DNA of 63,181 nucleotides, filler included, from Rhabdomonas costata (GCA_019059605.1; 51 parts of 51 records of this genome joined end to end with filler, not necessarily neighbours in it); one strand, 5' to 3'. Positions 24,820 to 38,062 are shown, counted from the first letter of the whole stretch. The notes: generated by a model not told the origin, from the letters alone. Translations and numbers: made by a program.

Positions 24820-25850
24820 ATCTTAGGCGAAGGTCCCACTCTGACCCTCAAGAAGATGTCTCCTTCGGATCCCAACACCACCAACTGGTGGTTTTCAACT
24901 TCTCCTCGCTTTTCTTTAAGTGGGCGGTTGCTGACGACCGATAATTCTGCGTCCGTTCTCTTTTCTCCCCATAAAACTTCGCGCAATTCCCTTCTGCTCT
25001 GGACCAATTCCGGCTCTTCCTTGCTCAGATTTAACGTCCTTTACGATCCGGAACCACTCCTGCCGTCTTCCGCTGACTTCAACATCAAGACTGAGCCAAT
25101 GCGTGCGCTTTCTGCCGAAGGGACTCTGACTCGAACTTCTGCACCCCTCTTCTCTTCCGCGGTCAGAATGACACTTGGCTTTTCCTCTGAGCGCAAGGAC
25201 AAAACACCTTTGGCGCCCTCTGCAGCTGTCTCTGGCGTCACTCTGATTGAGATGGGTTTTTGGGGCTTTTCCAGGCGAGCTCGACTTAAGCTGTTCACGG
25301 GCTCTGAAGGTCTCTTCAAGACTCTTAGCGGAACGGTATTTGAAACACTTGGTCGATATTGCACGTTACTTGCGCTGGCTGGGGTCCTCACTGTGGCTGA
25401 AGTGGGCCTCTTGGGTGGTGCGGGAGTGGCCCTGTCTCCTGCCTCCACTAGTTTGACTGATCCACACTCTTTTGATTCTCTCCCGTCACCTTAGGCACAC
25501 TGCTCTGGACCAAGTCTGCCTTAGCCAACCCGCAGTCTCTGTAGAAATGATTAAAACTTCCGCAATATAAACAGACTCTGGAGGGGATCAACGGCTTCGC
25601 GTCTTCCAAACTTGACCTTGCGAATGGCGACGGCTGACTACTCTTAGTACCTGTAAAGTTGGGATTGACGGTAGAGTCGGGGAATCTTCTCTCCTTGGGA
25701 ACAAGGGAATTCTGGGCCTTCCACTTCGGGATGGTGACGGTGATCGATAATAACCTCGTCCTCTTCCCATGTAACCATGACCTCGAAACACCGACATTCC
25801 TCTGCCTTGATTCGGCCTTCTTTCTGGAGATGGGGTGCGCGGGTACGTTG
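24820..25850 (-). pseudogene. Retroelement gag C-terminus with zinc knuckle, decayed
   Basis: CLYCGSFNHFYRDC (CX2CX4HX4C) preceded by an RG/RS-rich tract in a shifted frame; scattered stops; no introns. Confidence 0.7.
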
Positions 25851-26396
25851 GGCTGATGAAGTGGTGGTGTGGAAAACATCACTGAACTAGCTGGCACTGT
25901 TGCGGCTAGTTCAGTGATGTTTTCCACACCACCACTTCATCAGCCCAACACACCCAAACCNNNNNNNNNNNNNNNNNNNNNNNNNNNNNNNNNNNNNNNN
26001 NNNNTTAATTAATTAANNNNNNNNNNNNNNNNNNNNNNNNNNNNNNNNNNNNNNNNNNNNGTGGGTGTTGGAAATAATGCATGAGCGAAGCCCTGGCGGA
26101 AAAGTAATGTGAGTGAATTATAGTGTTTCAAATCCGGTTGAAATCTTACAGCGACAAGGCTCCCATCTCAGCGTTCAAATGTGGCCAACCATGCGCACAA
26201 GCGCGAGGAAGTTCACCTCCTGCCAAATGGAACACATCCACGACCGATGGACTAATAGCGGTAGATTTGAATACCAGATCAGGACAGATGACCGGGGAGA
26301 CTGAAAATCTTGTATTGGGGTAGGGTGAGTTGGTGGATGGGTAAGTGAGTGTGATTGCAATTGTGTGCGTGTATGCGCGTCTGTATCTCACCAAAC

Positions 26397-26558
26397 CTCC
26401 TTCAATGTCCGCACGGAGGCCACCGCAGAAGCAGAGCGGGAGACGCTAGACTCCATCCGCCATCCCCCCTCCACCAGCACCACGGTGCTGCCATGGATGG
26501 GCTTCAGGTTGAGCTTGGTGGCGAGCTGCACCGCAGTGTCCAGCGCCTCGCGGTACCG
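26397..26558 (-). CDS. Exon of a TROVE-domain TEP1/p80-like protein
   Basis: 162-nt AG...GT exon encoding RYREALDTAVQLATKLNLKPIHGSTVVLV, like TEP1 RYRQALETAVNLSVKHSLPLLPGRTVLV at the TROVE-vWA junction. Confidence 0.75.
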
Positions 26559-27887
26559 CTGCAGCACGCACAAACACATACAGACACATCCCGAGGTGCG
26601 GCAGGCTTCACCACACACCACTCCAAAAGCAGCATCAGATCTCCAACCACAAGCACACACGGACAGCACAGAGAGAAAAGAGCATTATAGGACCCCCCCC
26701 CCGTTTACGGTGCATTTTGCGGACCCAAGGTATAATTGTATTGAGAATGCACTGAGGGGGGGGGGGCTCCGCACCCCTCCGCACTCCTACATGTATGGGC
26801 GATGCATCGACACCTAACCCCATGCGACATCTTCTTGCGACATCTTGTCTTAGGGCGCACGGGCAACGCCACCTAAGCTCCAGCGAGATCATCCATCTTG
26901 TCACAGGAGACGCGGGCATGTCTTCCTAACTCCCCGGGTCTTCTGTCATATCCTAGGGACCCTAACAGGTGGACGAGACGTGCATCCTGTGGGGTCCGGA
27001 AATTGCACGGGAAATGGGGGAGGGATCCATAATGCCTCAGTGCCAAAGAAAAACATAAGCACACAACAAATGAACCACAAACACACAGCCAATTCACGTT
27101 ACCGCAGCCATACGCCACCAGTTCCAGCACCATCACAAATGAAAACACGAAGGCATCAAAAGGTTTTCCACCCCTCCCGTGCAATTTCCGGACCCCACAC
27201 ANNNNNNNNNNNNNNNNNNNNNNNNNNNNNNNNNNNNNNNNNNNNTTAATTAATTAANNNNNNNNNNNNNNNNNNNNNNNNNNNNNNNNNNNNNNNNNNN
27301 NGGGTTGTGTGGTGGCTACCTCCTTCCACGTGACTTCCATTCCATGGGTCAGGCTATACATCAACCAGCTGGGCGAGAAGGCGACATTAGAAATTAGAGA
27401 AGGCAATCAGAGCAGGGCCAGGTGAGAGAGGGAAGGCCAGCAGAAAGACAGTGGGGAAGACCCGGGCGAGGCAGAGAGCCAGACCAAGGGATGGAAGTCA
27501 CGTGGAAGGAGGTAGCCAGCACACGACCCGACCGCATTAGAAATCCACAGGGTGTGTTCCAGGGTTCCGGAGGAAGAAAATTGCATTCTCACCTTTCTTC
27601 CGAGTTTTCATAGGTCAGGAGGATTTCGGGATTTCGTCCTGACTACCCTGGTGCCCTTGAACGCTAAGAACTACGAGAATTACAGAGAGAGGTCATCTAG
27701 GTTTTTGTACATTGCGTGGGCCCTTAATGTTGAATTAAACCTAAAAGGTCGCTCTTTGTTTGAATTTGTGTTGTGTTTCGCCTTTCATCGTGTTTTTGCA
27801 GAGGAGGTGCAGCAGAACCACAGCGGAACCGCAGGCTAGAGCCGCGTAGACCCGAGGCACCAGCAGATGGAGAGTGGTGGAAAAGGG

Positions 27888-28411
27888 TGTGGCTTTAGTG
27901 CGGTGAACACAGGACAGGGTGTGTGCGTGCGGTCGCGTGCCCCTTCCACAGCCTTTCTTTGGTTGGGAGATTGGGGAAAGGCATAAGCGGCGAGACCCAC
28001 CCAGCGAAACCCCTCCGCAGCCCAGAAGGTGTGGGCACCAAGGCCCGGCCAAGAGACCACCCCCCTGTGCCTAAAGCTTCACAAACCACAAGTGAACCCC
28101 ACTGACCTGCAGAGTTGTGCCCCCAGAGGTCGCCAGATTTACGCCGAAGCGGCTTGGTAAATCGAAAAGTGGTTGGCACCCCCGCCACCGTTTCAGAAAG
28201 TCGACGCCCGCTGAGAGCACCAGAGCGACCCCCGGACAAACGGAAGAGACCTCCTCCCCGTTCTAGGTGCCAAGACACCAAGGTAAGCCGAGGCAGCGCC
28301 CACCTTGTGCAAGCAAGGTCGGGATACAGTCCAGCTCGAGTTGTATCCGGAGGCACGACCACCCAAAGATGTAGGAGCCACGTAAGAGTTCCCGCAGCGT
28401 AGTGTGTGACA
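27888..28411 (+). mobile_element. Complete LTR (about 524 bp, TGT...ACA)
   Basis: 3' half is homologous to the LTR at 17003-17236; preceded by a purine-rich tract (27865-27887) and followed by a PBS. The 5' boundary is inferred from the tract. Confidence 0.7.
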
Positions 28412-28413
28412 CT

Positions 28414-28425
28414 TGGTAGCAGAGG
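28414..28425 (+). promoter_or_regulatory. Primer-binding site complementary to initiator tRNA-Met 3' end
   Basis: TGGTAGCAGAGG lies 2 nt after the LTR-terminal CA; it is the complement of CCTCTGCTACCA. Confidence 0.85.
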
Positions 28426-28542
28426 GTTGTTTACGACCCCTANNNNNNNNNNNNNNNNNNNNNNNNNNNNNNNNNNNNNNNNNNNNTTAATTAATTAANN
28501 NNNNNNNNNNNNNNNNNNNNNNNNNNNNNNNNNNNNNNNNNN

Positions 28543-29683
28543 TCGAAGGGGGTAACCCTCCGGGAACTGACGCTGGAAAGATGTTCGCAAATTCTTGGTT
28601 TAACTTCTCGATCTCTGGAGGTGTTGGTAACACCGCACAAGGGGGGCCACAAATGCTGTGGTCCACCTCATTAATTAACTTCTCTACTTCCTTCCTGGGT
28701 GAATCTCACAACTTACTTTTGACATTCCACTTATGCTCCTGAGCCCTATCTATGGCTCGCTGGTCCTGTTTAGTCGGAGTGACATCTTCCACCTCCACTG
28801 TGGAAATAGCACCATCTGGAATCAACTCTGGAAGATACTCATCACCATGTGGAACGGTCACCACCATGGGCTCGCTTTTTTCTGCAACCAAACGACATCC
28901 AGCCGTGTTGACGCCTGGGTCATTTGGGGTGTCGCTTCCATCCTCCACTGCTACTCTGGAACCAGGGGGGCACAACCCCGACACTTTCCGTACTTGAGTG
29001 ATATGTGGAAGCTCTGGAACAACTTCCTTCGGATAGGCTTCCATCATCCCTGTGATTGGGCACGTAATTCTGAAAGAATCCAATGCTTAATGCGCCTGAA
29101 TGTCGTAAATCATTCCGCCTCTCCAAACATTGACAAAACTACGCTTCCAATCTAGCTGTGGCTGTAGCCTTTTCAAAAAAGGATACCCCAGAACCACTGG
29201 AATTGCCGTGTGAATCAATCTCAAAAGCAACTTAATCGGCATGGTAATTTCCCTACAATTCGCACAAATTGTGTCACTGGGAGTCCTTCTGCATTCGCTA
29301 CTCTCTGCGTGAGCCCTTGGTGCAACGGGTACTTCTGCAAACGGAATATCTGCACCAGTTCTTGACTTATAAACGAATCTGAAGCTCCGGAATCTAACAG
29401 CGCTCTTACATGCGTATTCCCAATCCACAAAGGAAGGAACATCAATGGCTGAGGGGGGGGGAGGGTCTGGAAGATCAGAAAGTAACCCCACCCCTTCCCT
29501 TACGTTCCCTGGAATGGCAAGACGAACAACGGAACTGGGGTACTCCATGCCCCTCTCCGAATACTGCTGACCGTTGTCTCTGAAAACCCTCTGAAAGGTC
29601 TTCCGCCACCACACTCCACTCACACAACTCTGTGGAACTCCCTGGCTCCATTGATTACTTCCTAATATTAGGCGAATGTCCTC
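28543..29683 (-). pseudogene. Ty3/Gypsy pol fragment: aspartic protease and linker to the start of RT
   Basis: VRALLDSGASDSFIS...VVLGYPFLKRLQPQLDW (retropepsin), then EFANIFPASVPGGLPPS at the contig edge; contains frameshifts and stops. Confidence 0.9.
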
Positions 29684-29783
29684 NNNNNNNNNNNNNNNNN
29701 NNNNNNNNNNNNNNNNNNNNNNNNNNNTTAATTAATTAANNNNNNNNNNNNNNNNNNNNNNNNNNNNNNNNNNNNNNNNNNNN

Positions 29784-30100
29784 AGTCGATCGCCAGCTCC
29801 ACGAAGGTGATGTTGCGGTCCGCGCGGGCCTGCTCGGAGAGCCTCAGGTGGGGCCACTCCAGCTCGTACAGGTAGGCGTACAGGGCAGCGTAGTGGGCGT
29901 GCTTGCAGACGCTGTACAGCTTCTGAGGAAGAGGCAACTCCAGCAAGTCCACCGCAAAGCGCTCGTGCGGGCGAGGAGGTCGCCAGCCCCAGGGATACCC
30001 TGAAGGCCGGGTGGTGCTCGAAGATGACGAGGCAGCGGTGGCACGGGCGGGACGAGGAGGGCAGGACGGCATGCTCGCAGTCATGGCGGGCCCGGAGGAT
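29784..30100 (-). pseudogene. Possible C-terminal region of a non-LTR retrotransposon ORF
   Basis: GC-rich frameshifted ORF ending LYAYLYELEW...ITFVELAID, resembling an ISW.EL..DF motif I recall from protist LINEs. Confidence 0.35.
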
Positions 30101-33100
30101 GGACACAACATCATCTGCTCGTTTGCTCGTTGGTTGGGGAAGAAAGAAAGAATAGGCAGAGTGCAGAGGGATGGGATGACACTGCCTCTTGACCAAAGCA
30201 GAAGCGTGAAGAATGATATGTGCACAGGAAGGAATGCGGAACCCGCGCCTGACGCTTTCAAACCGTACGGCCAAGAGGACGAGGTTTCTGGCTCACTGCG
30301 ATGTGCATATCAACTGACCTGAATTGGACGCTTTCGGCACGCTGTCATCTAAAAATAAAACGGCGTATCAAAACTTCAAATCTACAATCGAATGCGATAC
30401 ACTTAGTTCTAGGCCCATGGGTGTAGGTAACGTTTTATATTGTTAGGATTTGCAATCCTACACGGTCAAAAAGTTATGGATTCACTTTTAGAGAAGCAGC
30501 GGAAAGGAAAAAAGGATGAAGAGGTGTGGTAATAATTATTAAGTTTTACTTTTTCACCATAATTTTCAACTTCCAAAACGGAAATGGAAGACCAGTGTAA
30601 AAGCGGGTTGCAATGATCTCCGCTGAAAAATAAAATTTTATAAAAGAACCATCAAATTTGTTTTAGTGTGGGTTTGTTTTTTCTTTTGAAAGCTCGCTTT
30701 GGGTCGTCGCACCCCCGGCCCTTAATCACTGCGAGCTTGGTCAATGCCACCGGAAATGGCGGGAATCCGCCAAGGCGGTCTCTAATTCCGCTCGCTAATA
30801 GCGGACTCACAAGAAACAAAGAATACGCGAGTGGAAAGGGTAGGGACCGCGGTGAAACGGCGAAGAAGAGATGCGAACACGTGGAACAAATAAATCAAGC
30901 AAACTAACGAACAAGCAAACAAACNNNNNNNNNNNNNNNNNNNNNNNNNNNNNNNNNNNNNNNNNNNNTTAATTAATTAANNNNNNNNNNNNNNNNNNNN
31001 NNNNNNNNNNNNNNNNNNNNNNNNTTGTTTTTTGAGATCTTACAACTAAGATATATTAGGCTGCGTCTTTGGTCTTTGGAATTACGGGTAAATTTGATGT
31101 GACTGTGTTGGTGAAACGTGATGCGCGTTAAAACAGCCCACAAAAAGTGAAAGTTGAGTGAGTGTGACTGGGAACATGAGCGCAACGAATGTGACCGAGT
31201 GTGACGTCTGGATGGAACAGGAGCGTAGCGAGTGTGACCGACCAACCGTGAAAGGAACAGGAGGAACACGAACGCAGTCAGTGTGACGAGTGTGACCCAG
31301 TGACCGTGACCACCTTAGGGTGGTGGATGGAACTATGCATACCCTCTCACCCTATGTATGTTTGTATCGACGTACCACCCCAACTCTAATGTCAATGTCA
31401 GCATCAAGGCATCAGCAGTGGATGTCAGCCTTCACCTTAGCAACACACTTACACCCATCGTTACTCACTCCATCTTACACTCCCTCTTACTCCTACCACT
31501 GCTCTTACTCCCCAACTCTGTAGCGGTATGAATACGCGTAAGGACACATCAGAGGGAATACCAGCATCAATACCCGCAACATCAGTATCAAGAATACCCG
31601 CAAAAAGAGCAATAACACCAAAAGCATCAGGAAGCATCAAGGCATAAAGGTCACCAACACACAAAGATGCAAGAATAGCAGAGTGAATACGCACAGAGAC
31701 ACCATCAACACCAGGAATAGCGCTAAAAGCAGGAGTCACACACAAGGCCAAGGACACAAGGAAGCAAGAGTCATACATCTGCAGAGGTCTAAACACACGG
31801 CAAGCATCACCATTGCCATCAGAGACACACAAATCACCAACATCTCCATGAACACACACAGGAACAGGATACAGATACAGAGAAGGCATATACACAGAGC
31901 CACTACGAGACACAGAAGCAGACACATAAGCGGAAACGGAGACAGAAGCAGCCACAGAACCTAAACCCTGAGAAGGAAACAATCAGGAAAAAGCCTGCAG
32001 CAAGTACAGCACACACCAATCCTAGCGACCACGACAGCGACACCACAACAGCAATTCCCGCGAGCAGAGAAACGGAACCCAAGCATCTATCCACATCAGC
32101 AACCACAATGCCAAGCACCAATTTCTTTGACACTCATACACACGAACCATGAATACCAAACCAACNNNNNNNNNNNNNNNNNNNNNNNNNNNNNNNNNNN
32201 NNNNNNNNNTTAATTAATTAANNNNNNNNNNNNNNNNNNNNNNNNNNNNNNNNNNNNNNNNNNNNTGGTTGTCATCGACGACGACGCCCCAGAGCTTCCC
32301 TTCGACTGGTCACAGTTCCACTCAGTGAAGCAGGAGACAGTGGACGTCGAGGAGGGTGAGTGCGTGCCGTGGGGGTGGGCGGAGGCGGGTCGGGGGTCAC
32401 CCTCTGTGTCCAGGCTCCAGCTCATGCTATTTTGTTGTGTGCAAGCCTGAAGCATATTCATGAAGAGACTCGAGCATGCCAAAGAGTTTACACGGTCTTC
32501 CCGAAGCGAGTGTGGATGTTTCTCGATGGTAGTAACGACGCTGGCGGAGTTTGGCATTGCCTCAAAATCCACATCTGTTCCTCTGCCCAGCGTGTTTTCA
32601 AGGGATGCGTTGGGGTAGACTTTTCTCGACTTTGACCGTGAACCTGGGCGTTTTTTCACCATAATCTGCAGCCTTGGTCCCCCCTCCACAAGCGCTAACA
32701 AGTCAGTTCAAGATTCTTAACCACGGAAGCAAACAAAACCAGAGACAACCCTCCGAATTATCTCCTCCATCGCCTACAGCTGAAGAGGCGGAGGTGAACT
32801 GGAAGGAGCTCTTTGAGACTAGCTTCGAGAAGTGGGTCAAGAAGAAGTTCCCGCAGTGCCACCGCACGGTATCTGTGGAGGGGGGGTTGCGTGCACGTTT
32901 GCGGCAGAGTCACAGCGGGCGCAACGGCTTTACCCCGGTTTTATCAAACCTGAGGAATGCCCGTGCTTTTAATACATCCCGGCTGACTGCAGATCACATA
33001 GAAATCGAGCACGCACGCAGAGCGCCATAAGGGTAGCACCCCTGGAAGAGACGCCGCAGCGCAGTGGGTGATGGCTATTTTCACCTCTCCTGTGGCAGCT

Positions 33101-35031
33101 GCTTGGGGTGACGAAGGAGGAGCTCCTGCTGACCCCGCGGAACATTCTGGCGGTGCTCTTTCCAGACCTGGGCGCTGAGAGGTCAGTTATCTCATCCTGT
33201 TCCTGCAAGGAAGTTGGTCGAGCAGAGCTGGCGTGTGACTAGTGTACAATGCCTCCCCTCCCTCCCCATCACCGCAATGCCTACCTGCTCCGCTGCCAGA
33301 GCTATTTTCTTTCTAACTTGCTGGGTGCCTCATTTTGAGTGGGGGTGTCTTTGGCTGGTGTCCTATTGACGTGTGCGCATGGGGAGGCAACGGCAACCAC
33401 CCCCACNNNNNNNNNNNNNNNNNNNNNNNNNNNNNNNNNNNNNNNNNNNNTTAATTAATTAANNNNNNNNNNNNNNNNNNNNNNNNNNNNNNNNNNNNNN
33501 NNNNNNGGTTTGTGTTTCTTTCTCTTTTCGTGCTGGTCTGGAACTGGCTATTTACTCTGCGTTGTGTCGCTGAGTCTTTTTATTCGTTTGGTCTCGGATC
33601 TCTGGTTCAATATGTTCCCCGGTAGACTGTTTTCCCGCACTCACGTTCTCTTCTCTTTGCATCTGTGCGGCTGTTGTGTGCGCCGGACTTTGAACACTGG
33701 ACTTGTGTTCTTCTTCCCCGGTAGATGTTTTCCATGTGATGGTTGCGTTCGTCCATATTGACAAAGTCCCAAAGTCCATGATTCTTACAGATCGCTCTTC
33801 CTGTTGGAAACGATGCCCTGTGCTTCTTTCAGTATATATAGTTAGTGCTGCTGTGCGCATGCTCCCGCCTTCCAGCAAACAGTTCTCTGCTAATTTTTTT
33901 CCCTTTTGGTTTCTGGTTGGTCTATTCTTACGCGGCAGTCCATCGACCTCTCCAAGCTCGAGGTCAATGCTCCACGCACCCACCAGATCGACTTTGGGTT
34001 CGGCACGCTCACTGCGGAGCTTCAGCTGGAGCGTCCAGGAAATCCCTTGCTGAGGGGTTGCGGGGGCTAGCCAATTCTTTCCATGAGATTTCTCTCTTTA
34101 TACACACTTCCGACATACTGACGCAGAGTTCTTTCCGCTGACCTAGCTGCGCCCCAGTTTGGGCTGAACGCTTGAGTATTGACCCTTCCCTTTCCTGCAT
34201 CCACAAACGATTTTGTCCCTCGTCTTCCCCGTGGACACACACGCACATACACACACCCACAGGGCTTTTGCCCTACAGCTTCCCGGGGCGCTACTCTCTT
34301 CAGTATATACCCCCTTGACTCACTCTGCGTCGCTTCCTGCATGTTCTTCTTTCTTCTTCTTCTTTATCTTATATACCGCTTCGTCCTCCCTCTCACCTCT
34401 GCTGTTGTGGTGGCGGATGGGACCGCACTCCCGGCAACAAAAGATTCTTGTTTGATGGTGTTGTCCTGTTACTTTTTGCATGCACGCGGGTATTCTCGCT
34501 ATGCCCTCGCACCGCCGCCACTTTGCAACGGTTTTTTTAAGTTTTGGGAATTTGCTTTCATGTCCGTACGGACAAGTAACCCTTTGTGGAGGTATTGCTC
34601 CCTACGTTTCGTTGCCTCGGTCTGCCTTTCTGAATCCCCACACACCTNNNNNNNNNNNNNNNNNNNNNNNNNNNNNNNNNNNNNNNNNNNNTTAATTAAT
34701 TAANNNNNNNNNNNNNNNNNNNNNNNNNNNNNNNNNNNNNNNNNNNNTTTGTTTTGTCTGAACCACTTGCCAAAGCAGTGCAGTTCCGGAAGATGTAACT
34801 GCCGGAACTGCACTGCTTTGGCAAGTGGTTCAGCCAAAAAAAAATTCAGCGGCGCTGGACATAAAAGTAATCTACAATTGAACCTTATTTTATTTTTTGC
34901 CGACCGGATCCTAGTGCAACGATGGAGAAAAATCAGCAGTCAGGCGACCGGCATAGTGCCGCATCATCATGCACAGAGAAAGGTCACGCAGTCCTGCACA
35001 AAAATCGGCACATCAACGTGAAAACGCTCAC

Positions 35032-35859
35032 GGGACAGAGGGCGTGCGCAGATGCCTCCGACAAAACGGTTTCCAGCCTACGCTGGTCCGCCGGAATCCG
35101 GAACGTCATCCGCTTCACGGCAAAGTAATTCTTGTGGTCATCCGAGACCTTCGAAACCACCGTCTTAGGACCCTCAAAAATCTGAGATACAAGGCGAAGA
35201 AGCGCGTGACCCGACTGGACGGAAATAGAAACAAAGAAACGCGAAGAGAAGAATGCGTCCGGCACACCAACATGCAAAGGGTGCGGTATGATTAGCAGGA
35301 GCGGTCAACAGTGAATCGCGGCACTTCGTGGTGGAATAGCACAAAAGCTTAAATAATGAGCACGCCAAGATTCCTTGGAACCAGTCTTCTCAATGGCAAT
35401 CCACAAAATCCCATGCTGCAGAGCAACGAGACCCCAGGTTCATCTTCCGTTTCCCAAAAACCTTGTCTTGCTTTCTTCTTTTACTGGTTACAAATACCAT
35501 TGGAAACGGTCACTACCCCACCCCACACCTTAACTGGGCCAAAGCAATTTCGCAAATGCTCCTTCAATAACCTCCTGTCCAATTGCACCCAACCCCCCGC
35601 CTCAGCCCCAGAAAGAAACGTGGCGACTGACTGAGCTGAGAAGACAGGGAGCGACCTGTGAACGAATCTTGTACACCCGCTCATTCACGGCCACCTCATC
35701 CTTCGCGGCACGGGCCTTGAGCCCCGCAAAGAAGGCTCCGGCAGCCCCCTTCGCCCCACTCAGAGTGATCCCTCCACTTGAGCCGGTGAGGTTCGAGGAC
35801 GAGGACGAAGAATGGCTGCCGCCGGCGGCTGCCGCAGTGTGCTCTGCTGCACTGGCGAC
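35032..35859 (-). CDS. Protein kinase N-lobe, NAK-like (exons 35656-35859 and 35032-35181)
   Basis: In-frame GT-AG splice gives EVAVNERVYKIRSQ-IFEGPKTVVSKVSDDHKNYFAVKRMTF...ETVLSEASAHALCP, with the beta3 Lys and alphaC Glu. Confidence 0.7.
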
Positions 35860-37536
35860 CTTTTGAAGAGAAGAAAACACAAAAACACNNNNNNNNNNNN
35901 NNNNNNNNNNNNNNNNNNNNNNNNNNNNNNNNTTAATTAATTAANNNNNNNNNNNNNNNNNNNNNNNNNNNNNNNNNNNNNNNNNNNNCGGTTTTGGTCG
36001 CACGTGTGTTCTTCTTCTTTTTCTTCTTCTGTGTCAGGTTCTGTCTGCAGCGCATGTGTTAGGAGTAGCGTAGGGTTGGTGTTGTTGGTAGCGTTGGTTG
36101 TAGAGTCGAGGTCGGAGGTGGTGCTATGTTGCGTTGGGTGGCATCGAGGGCATGTCTGAGTGTAGTGAAGCATGACCGAGTAGTGGATATGCACCTCAGG
36201 TAGGAATCGCATCTTGGCATCTGGATTGACGTAGGAATAGAGGTAGGAAGAGGAAGCATGGAAGGTGCAGCATCTGTGGTGGTTATCAGCGTTAAGGTGG
36301 ATGGAATGGTGGCATCTTGCGTAGGAGTGAGGATGATAGGAATAGGCGTAATAATTGTGGAAGGAATAGGTATCATGGTAACGGTAGGTGTAAGGATAGT
36401 CGTAACGGTCAGCGTGGTCAACGTTGGCATCATCATCGTCACTTCAACCATTTCACTTAGATTCAAGTTGTGACTTTGCTCTGACTTTGAAGATGCCTCT
36501 GCCTCTGCCTCTGTAACGGTACCGGTTGACTGAAGCGTAGGAATACACACCAAGCATCACCATCATCAGAGCCACACACCACAAACAGCATTGTGAACAC
36601 ACACAGAAGCAGAAAGATCAGGACACACAGAAGGCGTAGACACAGAGGCAACGGCAACATCAGCAGTAACACACACAGAGTCAAGAACATCACACATAGA
36701 CATCGGGATGTCTAAAGCAACTGGTGACAAGGAACGCACAGATGAAGCAGTAGACGAGACACCAGGATGCAAAACCACAACAGGAAACGCGAACACCATA
36801 GAAGCCACAACAAGAGACGGAGACACAAGAAGCGCACAAAAACTGGAGGCAGAGACATACGCAGCAACAGCAACACAACCAGGGACACCAAAAGCATCCA
36901 ACCACTACCGCAGACGCATCGCATAAACCCAACACACCCTCCTTCACACCCACCACCAACAACAGGTACACTGAGCAGCACACAAACCCACTAGCCAAGC
37001 ATAGATACATACACAACCACGCACCAACCATCCCTCGAGCACACACACCCAATGCACAGTGTACGAGTGAGATGCGACCAGCAAAGACAAAGGGTCCCCA
37101 TGACACGAGCGCATCAGCATCAACATCTANNNNNNNNNNNNNNNNNNNNNNNNNNNNNNNNNNNNNNNNNNNNTTAATTAATTAANNNNNNNNNNNNNNN
37201 NNNNNNNNNNNNNNNNNNNNNNNNNNNNNGGTGCTGCCCGTTCACCCATCCGAAAGAAAAGCTCCAAGGGGCGTTCCCGCGAGAAAAGACCCCAGCCCCC
37301 CAAGGAAGGAGTGTGGAATCGCAGAGACCTGAGCCGCAATGGAGCAATGCAGGTAGCCGCTGGAAAAGAGCAGCTGCGCGACAATGGCCCGGGACCCGTG
37401 GGGCAGAAGGGAGGTTACCAGATGTGGAACGTTCGGTGGTGAGCCGATTTCGGCACCGTTCGCTCCAACGGCACCTCTCGCGAGCACCCAACAGCGCGTG
37501 CGCCAGTCAGTCCCCAGTGGTCACCACCAACCGGTC

Positions 37537-37599
37537 AACCAGTCAACCAGGCAACAGCCAGCGCGCAATGCGCCCAACACACACACACACACACACACA
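37537..37599 (+). repeat. Dispersed repeat ending in (CA)n, copy 1
   Basis: AACCAGTCAACCAGGCAACAGCCAGCGCGCAATGCGCCCAA(CA)n; near-identical copy on the minus strand at 45921-45983. Confidence 0.85.
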
Positions 37600-38062
37600 T
37601 ACACCTGCCTGCAGGCCTGTGTGTTCAGGGTGATCTACCGTCTGCGTAGCGTCGGGGTGTGCGGATTCGGATGGTAGAAGTTGGAGAGGAGCGTCAACCG
37701 CTATGGATTTAACTACTTACGTGGGCGCGATTGAGGTTTTTTTATAGTTTGTAGTTTTTGAGGTTTTTGTGGTTCTTGTCTTCGCACACATCCTTGAACA
37801 CACACATCCGCAGGCATTTCGTCACTCGACTCTCACACACAATGTGACTTCAGTACAAGTGCATTGCTTTGTCCATATTCTTTGCGCTGTGCTTACTTCC
37901 ACTGTGGAGTGTTTCTGTATTCACGCGGTGTGAGGTGCTGGCTCCGTAATTTATTTGTGTAGCTCCAAGCTGCCTTGGTGGCTGAATGGTTGTGGATGGC
38001 CCTGGATTCCCTTTGGACGCAGCTTATAGTTTTGCAGCAGTCCCTTCCATTCTTCCCCACAG

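Noticed and set aside
31461-31982. Val/Ser/Cys-rich ORFs here and at 36463-37126 as membrane proteins
   Set aside because: By-products of low-complexity strand-skewed DNA; overlapping ORFs are open in several frames.
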